A DNA stretch of 61,569 bases, filler included, from Pirum gemmata (Eukaryota), in assembly GCA_002812295.1 (NCBI GenBank). It is 20 parts of 20 records of this genome, joined end to end, with 100 filler letters (N's around TTAATTAATTAA, not from the genome) between each part and the next. Parts side by side here need not be neighbours in the genome. Positions count along the whole stretch, not along the records: positions 21,465 to 24,382 come from PDIN01003974.1; positions 24,483 to 27,468 come from PDIN01003975.1; positions 27,569 to 30,494 come from PDIN01003976.1; positions 30,595 to 33,577 come from PDIN01003977.1; positions 33,678 to 36,611 come from PDIN01003978.1; 15 more parts are not named here. One strand, 5' to 3'. Each line of letters begins with the position of its first letter. Position 1 is the first letter of the stretch. Position numbers and translations under genes: made by a program. The notes beneath the pieces are model-generated. The model was not told the DNA's origin. It saw only the letters and a list, made by a program, of their open reading frames with translations, and searched no databases. This document shows positions 22,473 to 33,706 of this stretch, piece by piece.

Positions 22473-24302
22473 CTCAAGGAAAAGAGTTTTTGCACTGCCA
22501 TTAAAAATTACAGTTCCAAGGTTAACCCTAAAATCACCAAAATCATATCTGGGACCCTAGTGTTAAAATAATAATCAATAATAAGGATTAAAGATAAAAG
22601 ATAAAAATTATCACACCATTACTTATTTATTATGTTAAGTTGACATCATTTTCCATTTTACTGTATAACAATTCCTTTATCATAAGCAATGATATCGAAG
22701 TTGATAAATTTATAACAGTACGGTGATAATGGAATATAAGTAAAAAGTGAAATAAAAAACACACGTCCTTTAAGAGAACAACCCCAACCCCAACACCCCA
22801 ACAACAACAATAATAATAAACAAGTGCAAATTGCAAAAATAATAATAGACAAGTTCAAGCACAAAATGAAAGGTCGCCTCACCTCAATATAGATTGTCTT
22901 TCTTTCAGTATACAGACCATTTTTTGCTTTAAACCTCTCAAACAAGCCTTCCATTTCAGTGTTTGTTTCTAAATTTAACCAAAAAAAAAATTGTTACAAA
23001 GTGTGAACCGTTCAAAATAGAAATGTGAAAACTTCTAAAGCAAAATAATGATTGACAACCAATAATCCTTCAAAAAACAAACTAATGATCAACAACCAAC
23101 AGCACTTCCAAAATTAAAATAATGGTCAATAACCAACAACTCTTCCAAAAACAAATTAATGATCAATAATCAACAACCCTTCTAAAAACAAACTAGTGAT
23201 CAACAACCAACAACCCTTCCAAAAACAAACTAATGGTCGACAATCAACAATCCTTCCAGAAACAAATCAATGATTGACAACCAATAACCAATAACCCTTC
23301 CAAAAACAATCAACGATCAGCAATCAACAATCAACAATCAACAATCAACAATCAACAATCAACAACCAATAATCAATAATCAATAATCAACAATCAACAA
23401 TCAACAATCAACAATCAACAATCAACAATCAACACCCCGCCCTAAAAAATAATTACCAAAAACGAAAGGAAAAAAATAATCTAAATAAGATACCTTAAAA
23501 AAATAATCAGTGATAATTAACAATAATCAATAACGAACGAATAACAACTATAAAAGAGAATGACATATTGTCAAAGTAGGAACCGCGAAAAAGCGATGGC
23601 AATAAATAAATAAAGTAAAACAAAGATTAACACAGCAAAAAAGCAAAAAAAAAAAAGCAACAAAACAACAAAAACAAAAACAAAAACAAAAAATTAAAAT
23701 TCCCCAAATTAAATACTAATAATAAATACTTAGAATTTGTCGATTTAACAAAGTATAAAACGTTTTCGTGTGTGATTCCATGAATTTGGCCGAAAACACT
23801 TTGGTAGGATTATGATCAGACCGAAGAAAAAGCTTACATTCGATACGCACTTTACCAGTATCGACTCCACCCAGACTCTCTATATAGTTGAATTTAGATA
23901 AGAATGGTAACCTCAATAGTAGTAGTAATAATAATAGAAATAATAAAAGAAATCGAGACAAGAGAAGAGTAAGAGTAACAGTAACAGTAACAGTAACAGT
24001 AACAGTAAGAGTAAGAGTAAGAGTACAAGTAAAAGCAATAGTAATGACAAGGTAGGAGTAAGAGTAAGAGTAGAGTAATAGTAATAATAAGAGTAACAGT
24101 AGGGTAACAGCAATAGTAATATTAATAGTAAAAGTTGGTTATAAAATAAAGACTTTAAAGATGAAAAGTGTTTGGACTTGAAATGGATTATAGAAGTGGA
24201 AGTGAAAATAGGATAGAAACGAAAGGGCTGGGGAGGAGGAGAAACCTATTCGGGTTTTTAACTTTTCTGCAACTTGCTCTATCTCACCGCCGACCAATAC
24301 AC
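22473..24302 (-). CDS. MED20: Mediator subunit 20, internal exons 24246-24302, 23730-23879, 22883-22968, 22473-22556
   Basis: Phase-consistent GT-AG splicing gives VLVGGEIEQVAEKLKTRIESLGGVDTGKVRIECKLF...KTNTEMEGLFERFKAKNGLYTERKTIYIEGPRYDFGDFRVNLGTVIFNGSAKTLFLE, matching the MED20 motifs LE.LGA...G...VDC and GTRY...DF.V..GTV......GI.VE. Confidence 0.82.
23040..23432 (+). repeat. Intronic ~36-bp minisatellite grading into (CAATCAA)n
   Basis: About seven diverged AAACAAACTAATGATCAACAACCAACAACCCTTCCA units followed by heptamer repeats. Confidence 0.85.
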
Positions 24303-24527
24303 CTAAACTATTAATAAGAAATAAGGAAAATAAAATAAATAAAATTAACAGCAGCAGCAGCAGCAGCAGCAACAACAACAACNNNNNNNNNNNNNNNNNN
24401 NNNNNNNNNNNNNNNNNNNNNNNNNNTTAATTAATTAANNNNNNNNNNNNNNNNNNNNNNNNNNNNNNNNNNNNNNNNNNNNTGTTGATGATGATGATGA
24501 CGATGTTGTTGCTGATGTTGTTGCTGG

Positions 24528-24600
<73 letters not shown>

Positions 24601-27600
24601 GACGCTGTTTTAATATTTTAACATTTTCATTTTTTCTGAAAATCCGAAATCCAACACAAGTGCTTGTGCCACGTTGTGTGAAAATACACCAACACATATT
24701 ATATTAATTAAAAGCAGAAACGTAGGGATTTATTCCCTTTTCTTATTTTTTTATAAAATCATCCAAATAAATTTTCACTATTTTTTTCAGTATTTTTTTT
24801 TATTTTTTTTTTTTTTTTTTTTTTTTTTNTCAATCAAAAAAAACTTGTACGCACTTGTGTACACATTATCGTCGTCTATCTACCTACAGGCTACATCTAG
24901 CTACCCAGTAGTTTAAAAAAAATATTTTTCGAATTTCCGTTCGAATCGAAATTGTTTTAGAAACTTTATTTTCTAAGCTTTTTAGAATAATATTATAGTA
25001 AACTATTCCAGCCGCATTACTTTGAGGTCTCGAACGGTTTAAAAACCTAGATATATATTTCGAACTTATTTTTTGTTTTCCAGGAATCCATTTCGAAGTT
25101 CCATTTCGAGTTCGATGAGTTGTTCGATGGTGGCTCAAAAAACAAAACCAAAACCAAAAATTTCTGTACCATTTTGATATTGATAGACTTGTGGACACCA
25201 AATCTCCCAAAAAAAAAAACCAAAAAAAGTATGGTACAAATAATTTAAAAACGTCCAACTTTTTTAGAATTTTAGTTTTCAAACAAAATTAATATAATAG
25301 GAATTTAAATAGGTTTGATATTTTCGAATATATAAAAAAAGTTGGGTCTTTTTTAACTATGTCATTATTAGTAAAAAAAAAAAATTGTTTGCTAAGAAAT
25401 TTTTTTTTATCATTTTTTACTACTACTAGCTAGTATTCTAACTACTAGTAGTAGCAACTCTACTAGCTAGCAATTAACTATTGTGCTTTTCAGTTATTTT
25501 GTCGTCATAAAATACACAATAAATAGTACCAAATTAATACAATATAAATCCATTTCATTTAATTTGGTATATTTTATTTTATATTTATTTATTTAAAAGT
25601 ATCAATTTAAATATTATAAACAACCAAATAAATATTCGGAGTGACAAAATAAATGAAAATCAAAATAGCTAATAGTCTATAGCATTTTTTAGGCTGATTT
25701 TTTAGGAAACAATAATCTATGATAGCTAGCTACTACTACTAGCTAGTCTACTGTCTACCATTGACTTGCTAGTCTATGATACTTTTCTACTAACTATCAT
25801 AAAGGTTTCTGTAGACTACTACTAGCTAGACTAGCTAGAGTCTAGCTAGCTAGCTAGCTAGCAGGTGTTGTCCACAGTCCAGTTCAAAAACTGAAATAAA
25901 CGTTATTATAGTGTTATTATTAGTTACTATAAATTAGGGTTAGGGTTAGGGTTTAAAACTACTAGCTAGGGGTTTAACAATAGGGTTAGGGTTAGGTTAG
26001 GGTTAGGGTTAGAAATGTAATAATTATTATTATGGTTAATAAACTATTAGACATATTTTAATTAATTTGGTATTTTTTACTTAATTAAAATGCTGTATTA
26101 TATAAACAAGTTCAACTATACACTTTTAACCAGTCAAATTAAAGATTGATATTAATTAATACTATGAAATACTCTAGCTAGAGAGTCTGCTACTAGCGTA
26201 GTTTTGTCATCATAAAATACACAATAAAGGGTACCAATATAAATAATAAATATTGAATCATTAAAATTAAATAATAGACTATAGTGCGTGCTTTTCATTT
26301 GTTTTGTCATCATATATATACAATAAATAGTACCAAATTAATACAATATACATCCATTTAATTTAATTTGGTATATTTTATTATCTATATATATTGATCT
26401 AAAAATGTCAATTTAAAGATTATAACCCTCCAAATAAATATTCAGAGTGACAAAATAAATGAAATGCACGATAAAATTTATTATGATTGATACCTTGGCG
26501 TTTCCATCTCACTTTCCCCCAGCCCTAAAAAAAATTACAGCTTCAAATACCCCTACCTACCTACCCCTCGACGTTAATTTCCGGTCAAATACCACCTACC
26601 TACCTCTTGACGTGACGTATTATTTGAACGCTCCCTTTCTAGCTATGATAGAGAGGTTAAATTCTACTGGTCTAGTAGACTGTTTCTAGACTAGTAGTAG
26701 TCAATTTTTAGAAACTTTCTTGTTTTTTTTAATAAAATATGGAAAAAACAGTGAAAAAACCGCACCTTCGTTTCTTCTATAATACAAAACACTTTGGAAA
26801 ATAAAACTAGCCTACACACTTTTTTTGAGCTTTTTTCCTGGCACTTTTTTTTTTTTTTCTTGGTCGAGAGTCGGACTCTTAGACTACCTAGTCTACTGGG
26901 ATAAAACAGTAAAACTAATAAAACTGCAGAAATCATTTTTTTTATTTCTTTTCTAAAAATCTTTAATTCTAACTTTCATAGCCAAATTATTATTTTTAAA
27001 AAAAACTGATCTTGGTTCATAATAGAGTTTTCTTTTAATTAATACAATTTCTGAAATTTTGATAGTACTTCCCTTCATTAATTAAAATTTAAGAATTTTA
27101 AGATTAGATTTTGAGCTGGGAGTAAATTAATAAATAAATGAAAATGCATATATAGCAGTATTATCTCGAGTGAACTTTTATCTTTTTTTTTTTTAACAGC
27201 CAAGCCGGATAAAACTGTAGAAATCATTTTTTTAGACCTCCCCCCTCCTAAAAACATTTTTAAAATGCTAATTAGCCAAATTATTTTTAAAAATTAGCCA
27301 TTGGTTCATAAAGAGTTTTCTTAGTTAGACGATTTCTCAAATTTTGGTATTACTTTCATTTTAAAATTGGATCATTTTGAGATTTTTTGGATTTTTAAGC
27401 TCATATGCGATGTCACCATTTTTATCCGCGGCTTGGTAGTTAAAAAAAAAAAAAAACAATTATTTAAANNNNNNNNNNNNNNNNNNNNNNNNNNNNNNNN
27501 NNNNNNNNNNNNTTAATTAATTAANNNNNNNNNNNNNNNNNNNNNNNNNNNNNNNNNNNNNNNNNNNNATATGTCATACAAAATAATACATAGATTATAT

Positions 27601-28599
27601 ATTACATAGTTTTTTTGTAAACTGGTTTTTATAGATTATAATAAATCGATCTATTACTTTCAATCCAGTAGCTACTAGCTAGGAGGCTCACCCTGTAGCG
27701 GGAGCTCCTCGCTCTAGTTCATATTTGGTAGTCTAATTTTTTTTTTGCTTAATTTAGTATATATTGGCTATATTTTACTGTTACTCACCTTTTTTGGATT
27801 TTTCTGGAGTCGTGTTTTTTTTTTTTGCGAAAAAAAACTGAAAAAACTGTCCACAGTTTTTACGCAAAAAAAAAAATTCGCATTTGCTACTAGCTAGTGT
27901 CATCTAGTGTCACAGTCTAGTGTGTGTCACTCTTTTTCGTGGAATGTTCGAAACTGACCAAAAATACTCCAAAAATAGGAGGGATGGCATGACGTCATAA
28001 TACTAATACCAACCTAGGGTACGCAAAAATTGAAAATTTGACTTAAATTACTATAAAAAGTCAACTTATAACTATTAATAGTAATACTTAATATAGTAAA
28101 CTACTATTTTAAGGATATAAGTATCTATTTTAAGTAATAAGTTTTTGCCATCTCAATTCCTTTTGTAACCTATCTCCAAATTTCTGCCAAAGGGGATGTC
28201 ATCCCTCCTCCAAAAATAGTAGGGGTGAGATGAAAAAAAAATATGTTCGAAAAAAGTTACTAAAAAGTTCCAATAGATATCTCACCCCTACTAGTCTAGA
28301 CTCTACTAGAGTCTAGACTACTCTTCAACTTAGTCTTCCCTACTCCAAAAATTCTTTTATAATAATTTATATAAAAATATCATAATAATAATAAAAAGGA
28401 GGAGCAGTAGGTTACAGCTGTATAGTTAATTAAATAGCTGTTATTAAATTAACGTTGTGTTTTGTTGATTTGTTTTATAATACTTTGGTATAAGTTAATA
28501 ATTTGGTTGTTTTGTTGATTTGTTTTATAATACTTTGGTATAAGTTAATAATTTGGTTGTCATGCATATGATCAGTTGGTTGTGATTTGTTGTATTTTT

Positions 28600-29430
28600 C
28601 ATAATCAGACCATGTATATAGTCTATGATGAGTAATTGTATTCTTGTGTTGTAGAAATATTTGTTCTGAACCTTTAAAATTTGTTCCTATAATTATATAT
28701 AGCGTTGTAGTCTTTGTTGTGGATATTTGTTGTGGATATTGTTGGAGTTATCATTTATTTGGGTTGATATGTAATATTTTTTTGATGTTTATAAGTTTGT
28801 TTATATGCATAATACATTGCATATGCCATTCTAATCTAGTCTTACAGTTTTGTCTATGTTCAAAAATGTGTAGTTTGACTGTAGTTTGACTTCTGGTGGA
28901 AATTCTTTGGAACAATATTGACAATTGAAAAGGTTGGGTTTTCGACGTCCACTGTCTTGTTGGTTCTCTTTGGGTTGGTATATCGGTATGTGACTTTTTA
29001 GTATTTTCGGTATTCTTTTTGTATTGATTTTTCTATTTTTAATTATCTTTTCCCATTCATTTTGTTCTATATTACACAGGTTGTTTAAGTTGTTATCATT
29101 GAAGGTTTTTGTTTTGAGATTTTCTTCTATTTATTTATACTACTGTTTGTCATGATCAATTGTAGATTCCAATTATTTAGAGGTATTAATATTATATTTG
29201 GTTTATACTTACAGAATATTTTTATTTTAATTAGTATTTTTGTTGATTTCTTTTTTACATAATTAAATTTTTTTATGTTGTTGTAGATAATTTGTTTTTT
29301 ACTCTCAAATTCGTAATAAAACTTATTGTTGTTGTTGTGTTGATGGTTGTATGCTAGTTTTAAAATAATTGTTCTGTGTTGTTTTGTATTGGAATCATGC
29401 TTTGTAGGGCTTCGATTGTGTGAATTTTCC
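28600..29430 (-). pseudogene. Decayed coding relic, possibly the C-terminus of a non-LTR retrotransposon ORF
   Basis: Broken frames with IEENLKT..NNLCNIEQNEWER and FNCQYCSKEF..HIFEH (zinc-finger-like); A-rich minus strand. A region of similar composition lies at ~49760-50270. Confidence 0.3.
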
Positions 29431-30671
29431 TTTTTTGTATAGTGCTTTCCACTTAGGTGCTTTCCAGTTGTTTTGTCATCATATAAAATATACAATAAAT
29501 AATACCAAATTAATACAATATAAATCCATTTCATTTAATTTGGTATATTTTATTATATATATATATTTATTTAAAAGTATCAATTTAAATATTACAAACA
29601 ACCAAATAAATATTTGGATTGACAAAATAAATGAAAAGCACTACATCATAATATGAGTAAAAAAAGAAACCTGGGTCAGTAGTAGTGAAACTTTTTTTTT
29701 TTTTAAAACAGTCAAAGCGGATAAAATTGTGGAACTCATTTTTTTCGACTTCTTTTCTAAAAAAATTTTAATGTTAACTAGCCAAATATTTTTAAAAACT
29801 AGCAATTGGTCCATAATAGAGTATTTTTAGTTATACTATTTGTCAAAATTTGGTAGTACTTTTATTAAAATTGGTTCATTTTGATATTTTTTTGGATTTT
29901 GAGCTCGGGTTAGGGTTAGCGGATGTCGCCATTTTTAAACGGCTTGGTAGTTAAAAAAAAATAATAATAATTAGTTTACTACAGCAGAGATCTAGCTAGC
30001 TAGTAGTAGAGAATTTCACTCTATGATATCAGAACTTTTCCGATTTTTATGGTTTTTATTACTATTAATGTAAATATTATTCCTTTATTGGTATCTACTA
30101 TAATTATATTTACTATTTTAAGCTATTTAACTGCTATTATTAGTAAAGAACACGGAACTAATGTTGGCTCGATAAGCATCTGTTCGAAAAAAGTTCCANT
30201 TGTCACTCCGAATATTTATTTGGTCGATTATAATATTTAAATTGACATTTTTAAATGAATATATAGATAATAAAATATACCAAATTAAATTAAATGAACT
30301 TATATTGTGTTAATTTGGTACTATTTATTGTTGATTTTATGATGATGACAAAACAACTGAAAAGCACTAGTAGTAGACTATAGCTAGAAGTCAAATAATT
30401 ATCGATATTGCTTAGACTAGTAGTTTATACAGTATCATAGCAGTTTTGTCATACAATAAAGAGTACCAAATTAATACAATATAAATCCATTTAANNNNNN
30501 NNNNNNNNNNNNNNNNNNNNNNNNNNNNNNNNNNNNNNTTAATTAATTAANNNNNNNNNNNNNNNNNNNNNNNNNNNNNNNNNNNNNNNNNNNNAATTCA
30601 GGGGTCGGACCGAGAATTTCGAGCTGTGTAACTTTGTTCCTTTTGGCTTTTAGAAAAAAGTTACATGGCTC

Positions 30672-30710
<39 letters not shown>

Positions 30711-30855
30711 GTGAGCTGATATTTTTTTTAACGTGGATTTTTGGGTCAATTTATTAAATTTTAATTATAAACCCCTACCCGAAAATCAATCTACTCACTT
30801 TTTAATCCGGATTTAGAATATATAGAGCCCAAAAGAAAAAGGTTTGATAAGTTTC

Positions 30856-30886
<31 letters not shown>

Positions 30887-31479
30887 CAATAAAAATGTAA
30901 GTTTGAAAAAAATGCATTTTCAAAAAGGTGAGACTGAGTGGAAGTGTTCGAACATATATAATTACTAATGTTCGAAAATTTTCGAGGAGGCTCGAAAAAT
31001 ATATTTAGTTTGAGCCTATGTAATGCTGATCGAAACTTTTGATCATTTTCAAAATGATTATTATCTCGAACATTCGATCACTTGTTCGAAATTAGAGCTC
31101 GAGATTTTCGAACATAAGTTATTAAATAGATTCGAAATGTTCAAACATAAATAAAAAAGGGTGAAACTTTAATTAGTGAAACCACCATGTTAAAATTGCA
31201 ATAAATGTATTATTATTATTTTTTAATTTTTGAACAATTACTATAGGAGATGCGGGAAAAACCATCGAATCGAGACGAGTTCGAAACTTTCGAAATTTTT
31301 CGATCCAATTTTAAGTATTTGAAATTTCAAAGAAAAAACTTGAAACTCGAAAAAAAAAAGTGTCATTTCAAAATTGTCACTATTTAATAATTACGATCGA
31401 AGTTATTTGATTCGATTATGTTTTCCCGCATTTCCATGAGAATGTTCGCTCAGGGTATCATTTACGATCCCAAAAAAAT

Positions 31480-32030
31480 CAGAAATATGATTCGATTATT
31501 TTTTAAATCTTCAAATAACTAATATCCTATATATTTGATACTATTAAAATAATCTATATACTCGATTTCTCTTAAAAGGGTATTTAGTTACACAAAAATA
31601 GTAATATTAATTTCATTACTTAGTAGTATTTACCCTAATATGGTTCGATTATTTTTTTAATTTTCAAACAGCTAATATTCTATATATTCGATTTTCTTAA
31701 AATATATCAGATTTTCTTAAAATATATCAGATTTTCTTAAAACAGCATTTAGTTAACATAATTAATAATATTGTACTATTTATTAATCAAAGGTATTTAG
31801 TTAAACAAAAATAGTAATATTAATTTCATTATTTAGTAGTATTTCAAATAACTAATATTCTATATATTCGATTTTTAGTAGTATTTACACAAATATGATT
31901 CGATTATTTTTTTAATTTTCAAATAACTAATATTCTATATATTCGATTTTATTAAAATATTCAATATATGCAAGTTTTTTAAAATAGCATTTATAATAAT
32001 ATTGTACTATTGATTAATCAAACTCGATTT
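31480..32030 (+). repeat. Imperfect ~150-bp tandem repeats
   Basis: Recurrent ATATGATTCGATTATTTTTT..CAAATAACTAATATTCTATATATTCGATTTT and AAAAATAGTAATATTAATTTCATTA.TTAGTAGTATTT blocks. Confidence 0.8.
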
Positions 32031-32113
32031 TTTTTTACTAATTATCAATTTTCGAACAATTACTATAGGAATGTTTGCCCAAAGTATTACTTACGATCCA
32101 AAAAAAAGCAAAA

Positions 32114-32195
32114 ATATGACATTGGATGACTCAATATCCTCAAAACAGGTAAACTTATGTTTTTCGTTTATTTAGGGTTAGGGTTAGGGTTAGGG

Positions 32196-32228
<33 letters not shown>

Positions 32229-32942
32229 TAGGGTTAGCCAATATCTTCAAAACAGGTAAACTTATGTTTTTTGTTTTTGTAGGGTTGGGGTCAGGGTTAG
32301 AGTTAGGGTTAGGGGTTCGAGTTAGGGTTAGAGTTAGTGTCAAAGTTAGGGTCAGGGTCAGGGTTAGGGTCAGGGTTAGGGTCAGGGTTAGGGTCAGGGG
32401 TTAGAGTTACGGTTAGAGTTAGGGTTAGAGTTAAAGTTAGGGTTAGGGTCACGGTTAGGGATATGACATTGGATGACTCAATGTCTTCAAAACAGGTAAA
32501 CTTATGTTTTTCGTTTTTATAGGGTTAGGGTCAGGGGTTAGGGTCAGGGTTAGGGGTTAGGGTCAGGGTTAGGGGTTGGTATTCAGGGTTAGGGTTAGGA
32601 TTAGGGCTAGGGCTAGGGCTAGGGTTAGGGATTAGGGGTTTGGGTTAGGGGTTAGGGGTTAGGGTTAGGGTTAAGGTTAGGGTTAGGGTTAGGGTTAGGG
32701 TTAGGGTTAGGGTTAGGGATACGATNNGGGTTAGGGTTAGGGTTAGGGTTAGGGTTAGGGTTAGGGTTAGGGTTAGGGTTGACGTTAGGTTAACTTTAGG
32801 TTAACTTTAGCTTAAGGTTAGGGTAAAAGTGCTAGGGGTTATGGTTATGGTTAGGGTTAGGGTTAGGGTTAGGGTTAGGGTTAGGGTTAGGGTTAGGGGT
32901 TAGGGTTAGGGTTAGGAGTTAGGGATAGAGTTAGAGTTAGAG

Positions 32943-32973
<31 letters not shown>

Positions 32974-33144
32974 ATATGACATTGGATGACTCGGTATCTT
33001 CAAAAGAGATAAACTTATATTTTTCGTTTTTTATAAGGTTGGGGTTAAGGGTTAGGGGTTAGGGTCAGGGTTAGGGTTAGGGTTAGGGGTTAGGGTTAGA
33101 GTTAGGGTTAGGGTTAGGGTTATAGTTAGGGTTAGGGTTAGGGG

Positions 33145-33175
<31 letters not shown>

Positions 33176-33330
33176 ATATGACATTGGATGACTCAATATC
33201 TTCAACTCTAACTCTAACTCTAACCCTAACCCTGACCCCAACCCTAACCCTAACCCTATAAAAAACGAAAAACATAAGTTTACCTAGAATTAGAATTAGG
33301 GTTAAGGTTAGGGTTAGGGTTTAGGGTTAG
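32114..33330 (+). repeat. Composite array: ~58-bp constant unit alternating with TTAGGG tracts
   Basis: ATATGACATTGGATGACTCAATATCTTCAAAACAGGTAAACTTATGTTTTTCGTTTT at 32114, 32239 (partial), 32461, 32974 and 33176 (split by an inversion), each followed by telomere-type repeats. Confidence 0.9.
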
Positions 33331-33425
33331 GTATGAAATGTTTCTTTAATAGCCGTACAGAATTAAAAAAAAAATACCAAAATACTAAAACAGTAATGTT
33401 ATTTTGTTTATTTTACCCCCCCTAA

Positions 33426-33461
<36 letters not shown>

Positions 33462-33706
33462 CAACTGTATACAATTAATAAAACTTACCATAAATATCAA
33501 AAAACTTTAACTGTATACAATTAATAAAACTTACCATAAATATCAAAAACTTTAACCCCACCGCAACCCCAACCCCCNNNNNNNNNNNNNNNNNNNNNNN
33601 NNNNNNNNNNNNNNNNNNNNNTTAATTAATTAANNNNNNNNNNNNNNNNNNNNNNNNNNNNNNNNNNNNNNNNNNNNAATAATAATAATACTAAATAAAC
33701 ACTTAC

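Noticed and set aside
32114..33205. CRISPR-like repeat-spacer array
   Set aside because: Spacers are telomeric hexamers of very unequal length, the repeat is ~58 bp, there are no cas genes and the context is eukaryotic.
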